64,000 bases of DNA from an uncultured Bacillota bacterium. GTDB lineage: Bacteria; Sysuimicrobiota; Sysuimicrobiia; Sysuimicrobiales; Segetimicrobiaceae. Made by a program: the position numbers and the translations under genes. Where the stretch lies: NCBI GenBank assembly GCA_963804645.1, contig CAWDRG010000017.1, forward strand, positions 256,001 through 320,000. Reading direction: 5' to 3'. The stretch's first letter is position 1. The number at the start of each line of letters is the position of its first letter. The notes beneath the pieces were generated by a model. The model did not search any database, was not told where the DNA came from, and worked only from the letters and a program-made list of their open reading frames with translations. This document shows, one piece after another, positions 11,979-22,232 of the stretch.

Positions 11979-12368
11979 ATGGACGCATCGCGATCGACAC
12001 GCCGCGTTCGCGCGCGAACGAGCCGCTGGCTGCCGCTCCCCTTTGCCCTCCTCGTGATCGCCGGGTCGTGGAGCATCGCGGCGGCCGATAACCTGCCGAT
12101 GAAGCTGATCTCGCCCGACGTCAAGCAGCCCCAGCCGCTCAACGCCACCTTCGATCTCAAGGTCCAGACCGAGCCGAACGCCGAGTGCACCGGCTCCATC
12201 AGCAACCCGTTCAACCGCACGCTCACGCTGCCGAAGCAGACCGCCGACTCCGATGGGTACGTCGTGTGGTCGGTGGAGACGGGCGGCGAGAGCGGCCCGC
12301 GCAGCGCGTGGGTCACCTGCGACCTTAACGGCAGGAAAGGATCGCTCGCCTTCGCCTACCGGCAGTAA
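11979..12368 (+). CDS. hypothetical secreted beta-rich protein (129 aa)
   Basis: GGAGGG RBS; signal peptide (RWLPLPFALLVIAGSWSIAAA); VQTEPNAECT...TADSDGYVVWSV...VTC with two Cys. Confidence 0.7.
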   Translation: MDASRSTRRVRARTSRWLPLPFALLVIAGSWSIAAADNLPMKLISPDVKQPQPLNATFDLKVQTEPNAECTGSISNPFNRTLTLPKQTADSDGYVVWSVETGGESGPRSAWVTCDLNGRKGSLAFAYRQ

Positions 12369-12435
12369 CGCGCGATTCGCGTGGGCGCGCGATCGCGGAC
12401 CGCGGGGCGCACCTCCGCCCCTTCCCCGCCGCGCC

Positions 12436-14214
12436 TCAGCGGGTCAGCAGGCTCGACACCGCCCACGCATAGCTGCCCGTCACCCGGACGTCCACCACGC
12501 ACGCCGTGCCCTGCCGGACCACGTCCACCGCCTCCGTCAGCGCATCGATGAGCCGCTCCGCCCGATCGACGGGGCCCACGGCCGCAACGCCCATCCCGCG
12601 GGCCAGCAGCGCCAGATCGGGCTCCGGATCGGCGATGCGCTGCCCGATCCAGCGGTTTTCGACCGGCCGGCCCCGCTCCTTCGCCACCCGCTCCTGATGC
12701 AGTTCATCATTGAGGTACGAGTTGTTGTTCGCTACCACCACGAGCACGGGGATACGTGCGTTCGCTGCGGTCCAGAGGGCCGAGAGCCCCATGAGATAGT
12801 CGCCGTCTCCGAGGACGGCCACGGGCAGCCTCCCCGTGCGCCGAAGCGCGAGCGCGGCTCCGACGGCGATCCCGGGGCCGGAGCCGATACCGCCGCCTCC
12901 GTCGTACCCGATGTAGTCGAGCGGGTGCCGAAACTGCCAGGCGCCGACCGGCCATCCGGTGGGGAGGCGCAACAGCGAGACGGGCTGCCCCGCGGTGGCC
13001 TCGCGCAGTGCGTGGGCCAACCAGGCGTTCGTGATGGGGCCGGGACCCGGGTCCACGGCCTGCGGCGGCTTCGGCGCCGCGGCTGAGGGACGCGCGGGCC
13101 CCCCGCGCGCCCGGAGGGCGTCCAGCAGCGGCGCCACCACCGCGTCCGGCGCGCACAGGAAATAGAGATCGGCGGGAGCGAGGCTCTGGTGGTCCATGCT
13201 CCACCCGTTGTGCACCGTCTGATCCATCGACGCCTGAATGATCCGGGCGTCGACGTCCTCGGCGCCCCACGCCTGCCTGAGTGTCCCGCCCAAATCCAGC
13301 CAATCGAGGCTCAGCACGACGTCGGCCGACCTCAACACCGCGGCGGCCTCGGCCGACGGGAACAAGCCCGACGCGGGTCCGTGCAGCGGGTGGTCCGTGG
13401 GAAAGGCGGCGCCGACTCTCCCATCCGTGAGCACCGTCGCCCCCAGGTGCTCGGCCAGCGCCACGCGGTCTCGCCAGTCGTCCTCGCTCCGGGAGACGCG
13501 GCCCATCAGGATCACCGGGCGCTTCGCCTGCACCAGCCACTCCGCGGCGCGAGCCAGCTGCTCCGGCGCGGGCTGGGCCGGCGCAGGCGCGCGGAACCGT
13601 TCGACGTCCGGCGTGCGCGGCGCGGCGTCAAGCTTGGTCTCCTGCAGTCCGGCGTCCAGGCACACATATACCGGGCCGTGCGGGGGGGTCGTCGCAATCT
13701 GCGCCGCGCGCATCACCGACTCCTGCGCGGCCGCGATCGACGAGGGCTGATCGTCCCATTTCACATAGTGGCGCACGAGTGCGCCCTGGTCGCGCGCCGT
13801 GTGAATCCAATCGACCCACGGCCGGCGTTTGGTCTCATCCAACGGGCCCGTCGCGCCCAGGACGATCACCGGCATCCGATCGCACCAGGCGTCGAAGATG
13901 GCCATCGTGGCGTGCATCAGTCCGACGTTGGCGTGCACGATCACCACGAGCGGCTGGCCTGTCACCTTCGCCCAGCCGTGGGCGATCGCCACCGCGTGCT
14001 CCTCGTGCAGACACAAGAGCATTTGCGGCGTGCGGTTGCCGAGGTAATTCACCACGCTGTCATGCAGCCCTCGAAAGCTGGAGCCCGGCACGAGACAGAT
14101 GTAGGGGAGCGCGAGGGCCCGCAGCGCGTCTGCGACGGCGTCGCTGCCCCACACGCCCTGCCCGCGGCTCCGCGCCGCATCGTCCCCCGCCCTCGCTGAT
14201 CTCACGGCATCCAT
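12436..14214 (-). CDS. thiamine diphosphate-dependent enzyme (acetolactate synthase/decarboxylase superfamily)
   Basis: PGSSFRGLHDS, HEEHAVAIAHG, GDGDYLMG...ANNNSY ThDP motif. Confidence 0.9.
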   Translation of the reverse strand: MDAVRSARAGDDAARSRGQGVWGSDAVADALRALALPYICLVPGSSFRGLHDSVVNYLGNRTPQMLLCLHEEHAVAIAHGWAKVTGQPLVVIVHANVGLMHATMAIFDAWCDRMPVIVLGATGPLDETKRRPWVDWIHTARDQGALVRHYVKWDDQPSSIAAAQESVMRAAQIATTPPHGPVYVCLDAGLQETKLDAAPRTPDVERFRAPAPAQPAPEQLARAAEWLVQAKRPVILMGRVSRSEDDWRDRVALAEHLGATVLTDGRVGAAFPTDHPLHGPASGLFPSAEAAAVLRSADVVLSLDWLDLGGTLRQAWGAEDVDARIIQASMDQTVHNGWSMDHQSLAPADLYFLCAPDAVVAPLLDALRARGGPARPSAAAPKPPQAVDPGPGPITNAWLAHALREATAGQPVSLLRLPTGWPVGAWQFRHPLDYIGYDGGGGIGSGPGIAVGAALALRRTGRLPVAVLGDGDYLMGLSALWTAANARIPVLVVVANNNSYLNDELHQERVAKERGRPVENRWIGQRIADPEPDLALLARGMGVAAVGPVDRAERLIDALTEAVDVVRQGTACVVDVRVTGSYAWAVSSLLTR

Positions 14215-14308
14215 CCGATGCACCCCCCCGCCGTCCGTGGCTCGGACGCGATCTCCGACTGGCTTTCCAGCGCGTGCACGCACGGCCGCGGCCGGTCCGT
14301 GCCAGTCC

Positions 14309-16639
14309 TCACACCCGATCGGGACCCGCGGCGCGCTGTACGGCCGCCCATATTCGCTCCGGCCCCGCCGGCATGTCGAGCGCGCGCACCCCGAGCGGCC
14401 GCAGCGCGTCGAACACCGCGTTCATCACCGCCGCGGGCGCACCCACGGTGCCGGCCTCTCCGACCCCCTTCGCACCGAGCGGGTTGACGGGGGTCGGCGT
14501 CACGGTGTAACTCAATTCAAACGGCGGCATGTCGGCCGCTCTGGGGACGGCGTAGTCCATGAACGTGGACGTCAGGCACTGCCCGGCCTCGTCGTAGACG
14601 ATCTCTTCCCGCAGCGCCTCGGCGACTCCCTGCGCGATGCCGCCGTGCAGCTGCCCTTCAAGGAGGAGCGGCGACAGGACGTTGCCCACATCATCGACCC
14701 CGATGAATCGGCGCACCTGCACCTGCCCGGTCTCACGCGCGACCTCCACGATCGCGATGTAGGCGCCGAACGGCACGGTAAAGTCAGGCGAGTCCCATGT
14801 GCACGCCGCTTCTAAGCCCGGCTCGACGCCGGGAGGCAGCTTGGCGCCCCGGTGCGCCTCCTGCGCCACGGCCTGGAACGACAGCGATTGTGCGGGCGCC
14901 CCCCGCACCTGCAGCCGCCCGTCCTCGAAGACGACGTCCTCGAACGCCGCCTCAAGCAGGTGCGCGGCGATCCGGCGCGCCTTCGCCTTCACCGACTGGA
15001 TGGCCTCGTGCACCGCCGCGCCCCCGACGCATGTCCCGCGGCTTCCGCCGGTTCCGAAGCCGCGGGGCACGACGGCGGTGTCACCGTGCAGTACCGTGAC
15101 GTCGTCGATCCCGATCCCGAGCCCGTCGGCGACCATCTGCGCGAACGTGGTCTCCTGTCCCTGTCCGTGCGGGGAGGTGCCGGTGAGTACGACGACGTGG
15201 CCGGACGGCTCGACGCGGACACTCCCGTACTCCCAGCCCGGGTACGGCATCGCGCGCGACGGTCCGCTGCCGGCCGTCTCGACAAAGGTCGCGAGCCCGA
15301 TGCCCACCAGCCTGCCTTCACCGCGCGCCCGCGCCTGCGACGCACGACAGGCGTCGTAGTCCGCGGCCGCCAAGGCACGCGCGAACGTGAACGCGTACCG
15401 TCCGGTGTCGTAGGTGATCCCGGACGGCACCCGGTAGGGAAACTCCTCGGGCCGGATAAAGTTCCGGCGGCGAATCTCCGCCGGGTCGAGCCCCAACGCG
15501 TCCGCGGCAAGATCTGCGAGACGCTCGATCAGGTACGCCGCCTCCGGCCGCCCCGCGCCCCGATACGCGGCGGTGGGGGTTTTGTGCGTGTAGACGCCCC
15601 GCACGGTGACGCTGGCCGCCGGGATCCGGTAGGCGCCGGTGACCAGCCGTCCCGCGAGCAGCGGCGGGCTCGCGGTGAACGTCTCCGGATAAGCCCCGAG
15701 GTCGGCCACCCCCTGCATCCGGATCGCCAGGAACGTGCCGTCCGCCCCGACCGCGAGGGACGCCTCGTGCACCTGGGCGCGACCGTGCGCCGTGGCGAGA
15801 AAGCTCTCGCTCCGCGTCTCCACCCACTTGACCGGGCGGCCGAGCCGGAGCGCCGCGCTGACGGTGACGATCTCGTCGTCGTACAGCAGCGTCTTGCAGC
15901 CGAAGCTGCCGCCGACCTCCGGCGCGATGACGCGAATGCGGTGCTCGGGCAGACCGAACACGACGGACAGATCGGCCCGCATGGTGTGCGGCAGCTGGGT
16001 GGAGATCCACACGGTCAGCTGGGTCCCGTCGTAGCGTGCCATGCAGCCGCGGGGCTCCATCGGGGCCGCGGCCACGCGCGGGTGCACGAAGCGCCCGTGC
16101 ACCACCTGCGCCGCGTCCCGGAACGCCCCCTCCACGTCCCCGGCCGCCCAGGCGTGCTCGAACGCCAGGTTTGACTCGAGCCGCGGATGCACGCGAGGCG
16201 CGCCCGGCTCTAGAGCACGCTCCGGATCGACGACAGGGGCCAGCGGCTCGTACTCCACCTCCACCAGCGCGGCGGCGTCCCGGGCGCGGTACTCATCGGT
16301 GGCGACCACGGCCGCCACCGGCTGTCCGACGTAGCACACCACGTCCTGCGCGAGGGGCGTGTGCGGCACCACGTCGAGCCCGGCCGGTCGAATGGCAATC
16401 GGTTTGGGCGTGAGGGAGGCAAGGTCCGCTCCCGTCAGCACCGCCGCCACGCCGGGGGCGGCTGCGGCGGGGTCGACCCTCACGCGCACCAGACGCGCGT
16501 GCGCGTGAGGGCTGCGTATGAAGACCAGGTGGAGCAGGCCCGCGGCCCGCAGGTCCCCCACGTACTGCGCGTGGCCGCGCAAGAAGCGCGGGTCCTCCAC
16601 GCGCTTGACGCGGGCTCCGACGAACCGCGGCGCGGGCAT
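14309..16639 (-). CDS. xanthine dehydrogenase family molybdopterin-binding subunit (CoxL form II-like)
   Basis: AYRGAGRPEA motif, GGSFGCK, HGQGQET, GAKGVGEAG. Confidence 0.9.
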   Translation of the reverse strand: MPAPRFVGARVKRVEDPRFLRGHAQYVGDLRAAGLLHLVFIRSPHAHARLVRVRVDPAAAAPGVAAVLTGADLASLTPKPIAIRPAGLDVVPHTPLAQDVVCYVGQPVAAVVATDEYRARDAAALVEVEYEPLAPVVDPERALEPGAPRVHPRLESNLAFEHAWAAGDVEGAFRDAAQVVHGRFVHPRVAAAPMEPRGCMARYDGTQLTVWISTQLPHTMRADLSVVFGLPEHRIRVIAPEVGGSFGCKTLLYDDEIVTVSAALRLGRPVKWVETRSESFLATAHGRAQVHEASLAVGADGTFLAIRMQGVADLGAYPETFTASPPLLAGRLVTGAYRIPAASVTVRGVYTHKTPTAAYRGAGRPEAAYLIERLADLAADALGLDPAEIRRRNFIRPEEFPYRVPSGITYDTGRYAFTFARALAAADYDACRASQARARGEGRLVGIGLATFVETAGSGPSRAMPYPGWEYGSVRVEPSGHVVVLTGTSPHGQGQETTFAQMVADGLGIGIDDVTVLHGDTAVVPRGFGTGGSRGTCVGGAAVHEAIQSVKAKARRIAAHLLEAAFEDVVFEDGRLQVRGAPAQSLSFQAVAQEAHRGAKLPPGVEPGLEAACTWDSPDFTVPFGAYIAIVEVARETGQVQVRRFIGVDDVGNVLSPLLLEGQLHGGIAQGVAEALREEIVYDEAGQCLTSTFMDYAVPRAADMPPFELSYTVTPTPVNPLGAKGVGEAGTVGAPAAVMNAVFDALRPLGVRALDMPAGPERIWAAVQRAAGPDRV

Positions 16640-16747
16640 GCGGACTAACCCACGCCCCCCGCCGCTCGTGTCCTCACGCAGTGATCACGCGCCGCAGGCG
16701 CGAGCAACCGGCTGGACCACGACATGCACGCACCGTCGGCGATCCCC

Positions 16748-17773
16748 CTACTGCGGGAACAGGTTCTTGGTCTGCAGGTACGTCGGCAAGAACGATTGGT
16801 TCACGATCGGCTGGAGGGGCACATCGCCCTTCACCACGCCGATGAGCTGTTCCGCGTGGATGATATTTTGAATCCCCGCGACGTAGATTTTTCCGGCGCC
16901 GAAGTACGGGATGGGCCCGACGCCACCGTGCGTGATCAGTCCCCGAATCACACGCTCCATGACGTCGGTATCGACGTTCCACACGGGCGCGGCGATCTTC
17001 GCGGCTTCCGCCGGATTGGCGATGATGAACTGGATCGCCCTCGCCCGCGCACGGATGACCGCCCGCAGCTGATCCCCGTCCTGCATCACATGCGTTTCGG
17101 TCGTGAACCCCTGGACGTTGGCCATCACCGGGAGGACCTGGTTCGCGGTGGCCAGCGCGCGGTACCGTCCCGGCTTCGCGGAAAACAGCGGTTCGACAAT
17201 CGTCGCGACGTCTACCCCACCGTGCTCGAGCGCCGTCAGCTCCTGCGGGAACCCTCCCGCCGCGACCAGCGTCACGTCTTCGGGCTTCATTTTCAGCTGC
17301 TCCAGCATCAAGTACACCAGCGCCTGAGTGGCCGACAAGGGCGTCGTGAAGGCGATGCGCTTGCCCTTGATGTCGTTAAGGCTCTTGATGGGCGAGTTCG
17401 GCATGGTGACCCAGATGACGTCGCCCATCGTATTGATATTGCCGCTGATGATGCGCAGGTTCGCCCCCTGCGCGTTGGCGGCGATGACGGGGATCGGACT
17501 GGACTCCCCATACAACAGGTTCCCGGCCATGAGGGTCCGGACCACGTCCGATCCCACGGCGCTCTGCACCGTGACGTCAAGGCCCTCGTCCTTAAAGTAG
17601 CCCTTCGCCGCGATCACCGCGTACGGAATCGAGCCCGGCGACACCCCGTACCCCGATACCACGATCTGGATGCTCGTCGCCGCCTTCAACTGGGCGGGAG
17701 CCCCAATCAGTGCCACGCACAGACACGCGCACACGAGCACGCCCCACCACCGTAGCCGTCGACCCGTCATCAT
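16748..17773 (-). CDS. ABC substrate-binding protein (SsuA/TauA/NMT1-like)
   Basis: Signal peptide; KGYFKDEGLDV, SPIKSLNDIKGKRIAFT; in operon with NitT/TauT permeases. Confidence 0.85.
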   Translation of the reverse strand: MMTGRRLRWWGVLVCACLCVALIGAPAQLKAATSIQIVVSGYGVSPGSIPYAVIAAKGYFKDEGLDVTVQSAVGSDVVRTLMAGNLLYGESSPIPVIAANAQGANLRIISGNINTMGDVIWVTMPNSPIKSLNDIKGKRIAFTTPLSATQALVYLMLEQLKMKPEDVTLVAAGGFPQELTALEHGGVDVATIVEPLFSAKPGRYRALATANQVLPVMANVQGFTTETHVMQDGDQLRAVIRARARAIQFIIANPAEAAKIAAPVWNVDTDVMERVIRGLITHGGVGPIPYFGAGKIYVAGIQNIIHAEQLIGVVKGDVPLQPIVNQSFLPTYLQTKNLFPQ

Positions 17774-17845
17774 CGTCCCTCCTCTGAAAGTTCATTTGAA
17801 GCGGTCTCACGCCTTCGGATCCGCCCACGCTTTCTCTGCCTCCGT

Positions 17846-18622
17846 TCACGAGTCGGTTGCGTGACCGTACGCACGATGTTCCACCCACACCACCACGGTG
17901 TTCAGCAGCGCGGCGAAGACCACGATGAGCAGCGTCAGCGACATGATGCGCGGCACCTGGTTCAGCTGCATCGCGGTGATGAGCAGGTGCCCGACCCCGG
18001 CGTGCGCCGCGAACATCTCGCTGAGCAGGGTCCCGATGAACGTCAAGGACAGCCCGATGCGGAGACCGGTCAAGATCTCGGGCAGCGCCGCGGGAAACGC
18101 GATCGTCTGCATCAGCTGCCACGCGGTAAGGTCGAAGCTCCGCCCCATCTTCAGGTAGATCGGCTTGACGTGCGCCACCGCGTGCATGGTAAAGATCATG
18201 ATCGGCAGCACCCCGTTAAGCACGCCGAACGCGACCACCGGGGCGAGCCCGAGCCCCAGCGAAAGCAGAATGACGGGATAAAACACGATCTTCGGAACCG
18301 AGTAGAGCGCGACGAGCACCGGATCCGCCGCGTCTCCGGCGAGCCGGTGGACGCCGAGCAGCACGCCCGCCGGCACCCCGACGCAGGCGGAGATGAGCGC
18401 CGCGAGCCCGAACGCGTCCAGCGTCGCCCGTACGTTGGGCCAGAAATCGGGCGCCAACATCAACCGGACGGCGTAGCCGATCGTCGCGAGCGGCGGCGTC
18501 ATGGCGACGTCCCCGGCCATCTCGTAGAATGCCTGCCAGACGAGCCCCAGCACAAGGATCAAGACGAGCACGTCGGCGACACGGCTGTCCCCGCGGCGGC
18601 GCGAGTCCGCGACGACGCTCAT
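17846..18622 (-). CDS. ABC permease (SsuC/TauC-like)
   Basis: LYSVPKIVFYP, FPAALPEILTGLRIGL; ATGA coupling. Confidence 0.88.
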   Translation of the reverse strand: MSVVADSRRRGDSRVADVLVLILVLGLVWQAFYEMAGDVAMTPPLATIGYAVRLMLAPDFWPNVRATLDAFGLAALISACVGVPAGVLLGVHRLAGDAADPVLVALYSVPKIVFYPVILLSLGLGLAPVVAFGVLNGVLPIMIFTMHAVAHVKPIYLKMGRSFDLTAWQLMQTIAFPAALPEILTGLRIGLSLTFIGTLLSEMFAAHAGVGHLLITAMQLNQVPRIMSLTLLIVVFAALLNTVVVWVEHRAYGHATDS

Positions 18623-19371
18623 CGCCGTCCCCAACGCTGCAACAGCACCTGTTCCCACGCGTAGACGATCTGATTAATCGTCGTGACGCAGATCAGGAGC
18701 AGCACAATCAGGGCGTACAGCGTGGTGTTGTCGAATCCGAGATACGCGAACGACAGGCGGTACCCAACCCCGCTGGACGACAGGATGAACTCGGTGCTGA
18801 TGACGCCGATCAGGCTGTAGGCGATCGCGAGCTTCACGCCGGTGATGATGAACGGGGCCGCCGATGGGAGGACGACCCGGACGCCCGTTTCGAACGGCCC
18901 CATCCGGTAACTGCGGGCCATCTTCAACAACACGCGCGGCACCCGATCGAGCCCCAGCAGTGTGTTCACGACGACGGCGACGACCGAATAGAGGAACGCG
19001 ATGACCACCTTCGGGATCTCGTTGAGCCCGAACAGCACGATGAACAACGGATAAAACGCCCAGATCGGAATCGCATAATACGTCCCGAAGAGCGGATCCA
19101 GGATGCGGCGCACCCGCGGCACCGTATGCACCACCGCCCCCGCCAGCACGCCGACGAGGACGGCGCTCACCACCGCGATCGCCACCGCGGTAAACGTCGC
19201 CAGCAGATCCCCGTTGAGCGAGCCGCTGCGGAGGAGCGCGACGAGCCCCACGAGCATCGCGCTCGGCGGGACCATGGTGAACCGCGAGATCACCCCGGCG
19301 CGGCACAGGACCTCCAGCAGGAGGACGGCTCCGGCGAGGACCGCCGTGCGCAGCGCGACCGCGGGCTTCAT
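18619..19371 (-). CDS. ABC permease (SsuC/TauC-like)
   Basis: YYAIPIWAFYP, LPSAAPFIITGVKLA; ATGA coupling. Confidence 0.88.
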   Translation of the reverse strand: MKPAVALRTAVLAGAVLLLEVLCRAGVISRFTMVPPSAMLVGLVALLRSGSLNGDLLATFTAVAIAVVSAVLVGVLAGAVVHTVPRVRRILDPLFGTYYAIPIWAFYPLFIVLFGLNEIPKVVIAFLYSVVAVVVNTLLGLDRVPRVLLKMARSYRMGPFETGVRVVLPSAAPFIITGVKLAIAYSLIGVISTEFILSSSGVGYRLSFAYLGFDNTTLYALIVLLLICVTTINQIVYAWEQVLLQRWGRR

Positions 19372-20189
19372 TGCACGGCCGGCCCGTGTCCCATGGCTTT
19401 GAGCGACTCGTCGCGGAGGAGGGACCAGATGTGCCCGGTGATCCGGCCGAAATCTGCGTGCTCGGCGATGCGGCTGTCGCGGTCCCGGGGCCACCCGGTC
19501 TCCACGATCTCCAGGAACCGCCCCGGCCGCGCGGACATCACCCCCACCCGGTCAGACAGCACCGTCGCCTCGTCAATCGCGTGGGTAATCAGGAAGATGG
19601 TCGCACCGGTTTCGCGCCACAGCCGCAGGACCTCGTCCCCCATCAGGAGCCGGGTCTGCTGATCCAGCGCCCCAAACGGCTCGTCCAACAGGATCAACCG
19701 CGGCTCCAACACGAGCGTGCGCGCGATGCACACCCGCTGACGCATCCCGCCCGACAGCTGCGCGGGATACGCCCGTCCAAAATCCGTGAGCCCCATCAGC
19801 TTCAACGCATCGTCGACCCGGCGGCGGATCTCCCCCGGCGCGGCCCCGCGGCGGCGCAGTCCGAACGCCACGTTGTCCCACACCGTGAGCCACGGAAGGC
19901 TCGCGTCCTCCTGAAACACGAGCCCGATGCCGTCCGGGACCTGGCCGCGGATCGGCCGCCCTTCGAAGGTGATCTCCCCCGCCGTCGCCCGGGAGAGCCC
20001 AGCGATGAGATCGAGGAGCGTCGACTTCCCGCACCCCGACGGCCCGATGACCGAAAACAGCTGGCCCCTCAGCAAGTCGAGGTCGATCGGTCCGAGGGCG
20101 TGCACACGCTGCGTGCCGCCGTCCCCGTCATACACGCGCGTGACACCCCGGAGGACGACGTGGGCCGCCTGCTGATCCGTACCGCTCAT
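19368..20189 (-). CDS. ABC ATP-binding protein (SsuB/TauB-like)
   Basis: GPSGCGKST, LSGGMRQR, LLDEPFGALD; start trimmed to MSGTDQ. Confidence 0.92.
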   Translation of the reverse strand: MSGTDQQAAHVVLRGVTRVYDGDGGTQRVHALGPIDLDLLRGQLFSVIGPSGCGKSTLLDLIAGLSRATAGEITFEGRPIRGQVPDGIGLVFQEDASLPWLTVWDNVAFGLRRRGAAPGEIRRRVDDALKLMGLTDFGRAYPAQLSGGMRQRVCIARTLVLEPRLILLDEPFGALDQQTRLLMGDEVLRLWRETGATIFLITHAIDEATVLSDRVGVMSARPGRFLEIVETGWPRDRDSRIAEHADFGRITGHIWSLLRDESLKAMGHGPAVQ

Positions 20190-20292
20190 CGTTCCTTCTC
20201 CTTCACTGGCCGGAGCGTATTCAGGTTGCCGGGCGGGTTCTCCTCCTGCGGCACGGCGTGACGGGAAGGAGCCTCCCCCACCTTCGCCTAAA

Positions 20293-20310
20293 ATGGATCC
20301 AGGGATCCAT
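20293..20310. promoter_or_regulatory. palindromic operator, probable GntR site (copy 1)
   Basis: ATGGATCC-AG-GGATCCAT perfect inverted repeat in the divergent region, overlapping a TAAAAT -10-like hexamer. Confidence 0.6.
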
Positions 20311-20362
20311 CTACGATCGTCGAGATGTTCCCGCCCATCGACGCCGCCGAAGGGAGCCCGAT

Positions 20363-21139
20363 GTGAGCAGTGCCTCACGAGAGTTCAGCCTCGGCCCGAT
20401 CCCGCCCGGCGGCATCGCGTCGGTCGGCGACGTGGTCGTCCGCACTGTCAGGGACGCCATCCTGCGCGGGAGACTCAAGGCCGGCGATCGGCTGCAGCAG
20501 GACAAGCTCGCGCAGCAGCTGCACGTCAGCAGACAGCCGGTCCGGGAGGCGCTGCGCCGGCTGCAGAGCGAGGGGCTGGTCGTGCAGCTCCCGCAGCGAT
20601 GGATGGCCGTCCGCGAATTCAGCGCCCACGAGATTTTGGAGAACTCCCGCATTCGCTTGATCCTGGAACCCGAAGCCGCGCGCATCGCCGCGGAGCGCAT
20701 CCTGCCGGAGGAGATCGAGGCGCTGAAGTCCATCAACCGGACGATGGCGCAGATGATCTCGGCGGGGCACCTGTCGAAGGTGGCGGCGCTGAACGCCGAG
20801 TTCCATCATCGCATCTACGAGGCCGCACGCATGCCCACATTGACCCGGCTGATCGAACAGCTGTGGGTGGGCCGCGCGATTCTGACGCCCCCGTTCATCC
20901 CGGGTGGCCGGGGTCGCCGGACGGTGGATGAACACGCCGCGCTCGTGCGGGCCCTCGAGCGGAGGAATCCGCCGGGTGCGGCCAAGGCGATGCGCGATCA
21001 CATCGCGCGTGCCGCAAACGAGTATGCGCGGCAGCAGGCTGCGATCGACACGCGGCATCCCACTCCGGCCGCGAAGCGCGCCGCACGGGTCCGCGGCACA
21101 GGACGAGCCCCGACCCGCGCGGCGCGACGGGAGCGTTAG
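20363..21139 (+). CDS. GntR family transcriptional regulator (FCD domain)
   Basis: AILRGRLKAGDRL..LAQQLHVSRQPVREALRRLQSEGLV HTH; NAEFHHRI, EHAALV, MRDHI. Confidence 0.92.
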   Translation: MSSASREFSLGPIPPGGIASVGDVVVRTVRDAILRGRLKAGDRLQQDKLAQQLHVSRQPVREALRRLQSEGLVVQLPQRWMAVREFSAHEILENSRIRLILEPEAARIAAERILPEEIEALKSINRTMAQMISAGHLSKVAALNAEFHHRIYEAARMPTLTRLIEQLWVGRAILTPPFIPGGRGRRTVDEHAALVRALERRNPPGAAKAMRDHIARAANEYARQQAAIDTRHPTPAAKRAARVRGTGRAPTRAARRER

Positions 21140-21219
21140 GCGATCGGCGCCGGCCCCTTCGGCACCGGCGGACGCCGCCCATGCCGCGCCGTCGCGATGG
21201 CGCGGTCGATTCGACCCGC

Positions 21220-22158
21220 TCACTGAGGCAGCGGCCCGATCCCGGGGTCGGGAACCGGAGCCCGCCTGAGGAGATCGCCGAGCCGGCCGATGTGGTCCAG
21301 TAGCTCCCGCCTCGACCGCAGTCCCCTCGTATCGAATCGGCCGGCGACCCACGTCACGCCGGCCTCGCACATGGCGTGCATCTCCCGGAGCAGCACCTCC
21401 GACGGCGCGGACAGCCAAGACCCGTCTCGATGAAAACAGATGTCAAACGGGTCCGCTCTCCCAAGCTCCGCGCGCATCGCCTCCATCTGCCGCACCTTCT
21501 CGGCCAGCCTCGCGATCGATGAAACGCTCGCCGTCGACATCCGCGCCGCGCTCGGTCCGGGGGTTTCCGCCGGGATCCACCCCTCGCACAACCGCGCGGC
21601 GCGCTCCATCGCGGTCCGGCTGTTGCCCCCGAGCCAGATCGGAGGCCGCGGCTCCCCGGGCACGCGGACGATCGAGTTGCCCGACGCGCTCCAGTGCAGC
21701 CCGCGGAGAGACAGCGGGGCGCCGGACCACGCCTCCTTCAGGACGGTGATCGCTTCGTCTACCAACTCATTCCGTCTGTCGTAGTCCGCCCCCACCGCGG
21801 CGGCCTCGGCCGCCAAGTAGCCTGCGCCAACACCGAGCACGAGTCTCCCCCCGCAGAGATGCTGCAGCGTGGCGACCATGCCGGCGGTCAGCAGCGGGTT
21901 TCGGTACGGCAGGACCACGAGGTTGGTGTGCAGGAGAATACGGGACGTCGCCCGAGCGACATAGGCGAGCGTGAGAAACGGATCTAAGGTGTGTCGGGGG
22001 CGCCCGTCCGGGCCGATGACGGGACACGGATGATCAGAGACGTGACACCCGTGCAGTCCCGCCTCCTCGACCGCGGCGGCGATCTCCCCGAGCGCCTCGG
22101 CCGCCACGTACTCGGATCCCTCGATCGGCCTGGGAAGTGCGACCGACACGCTCAGCAC
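21220..22158 (-). CDS. LLM class (luciferase-like) flavin/F420-dependent oxidoreductase
   Basis: VSDHP, LDPFLTLAYVA, VLPYRNP, GRLVLGVGAGY, PPIWLGGNS. Confidence 0.88.
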   Translation of the reverse strand: MLSVSVALPRPIEGSEYVAAEALGEIAAAVEEAGLHGCHVSDHPCPVIGPDGRPRHTLDPFLTLAYVARATSRILLHTNLVVLPYRNPLLTAGMVATLQHLCGGRLVLGVGAGYLAAEAAAVGADYDRRNELVDEAITVLKEAWSGAPLSLRGLHWSASGNSIVRVPGEPRPPIWLGGNSRTAMERAARLCEGWIPAETPGPSAARMSTASVSSIARLAEKVRQMEAMRAELGRADPFDICFHRDGSWLSAPSEVLLREMHAMCEAGVTWVAGRFDTRGLRSRRELLDHIGRLGDLLRRAPVPDPGIGPLPQ

Positions 22159-22232
22159 GTTCGCACCTCAGGGACGCGCATGCCGCGACACGTCGGCGTC
22201 TCGTCGGAGCCCGTGACCGTCGGGCCGCAGCG

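Noticed and set aside
14309..16639. Second true CO dehydrogenase
   Set aside because: AYRGAGR lacks the Cu-ligating Cys of form I
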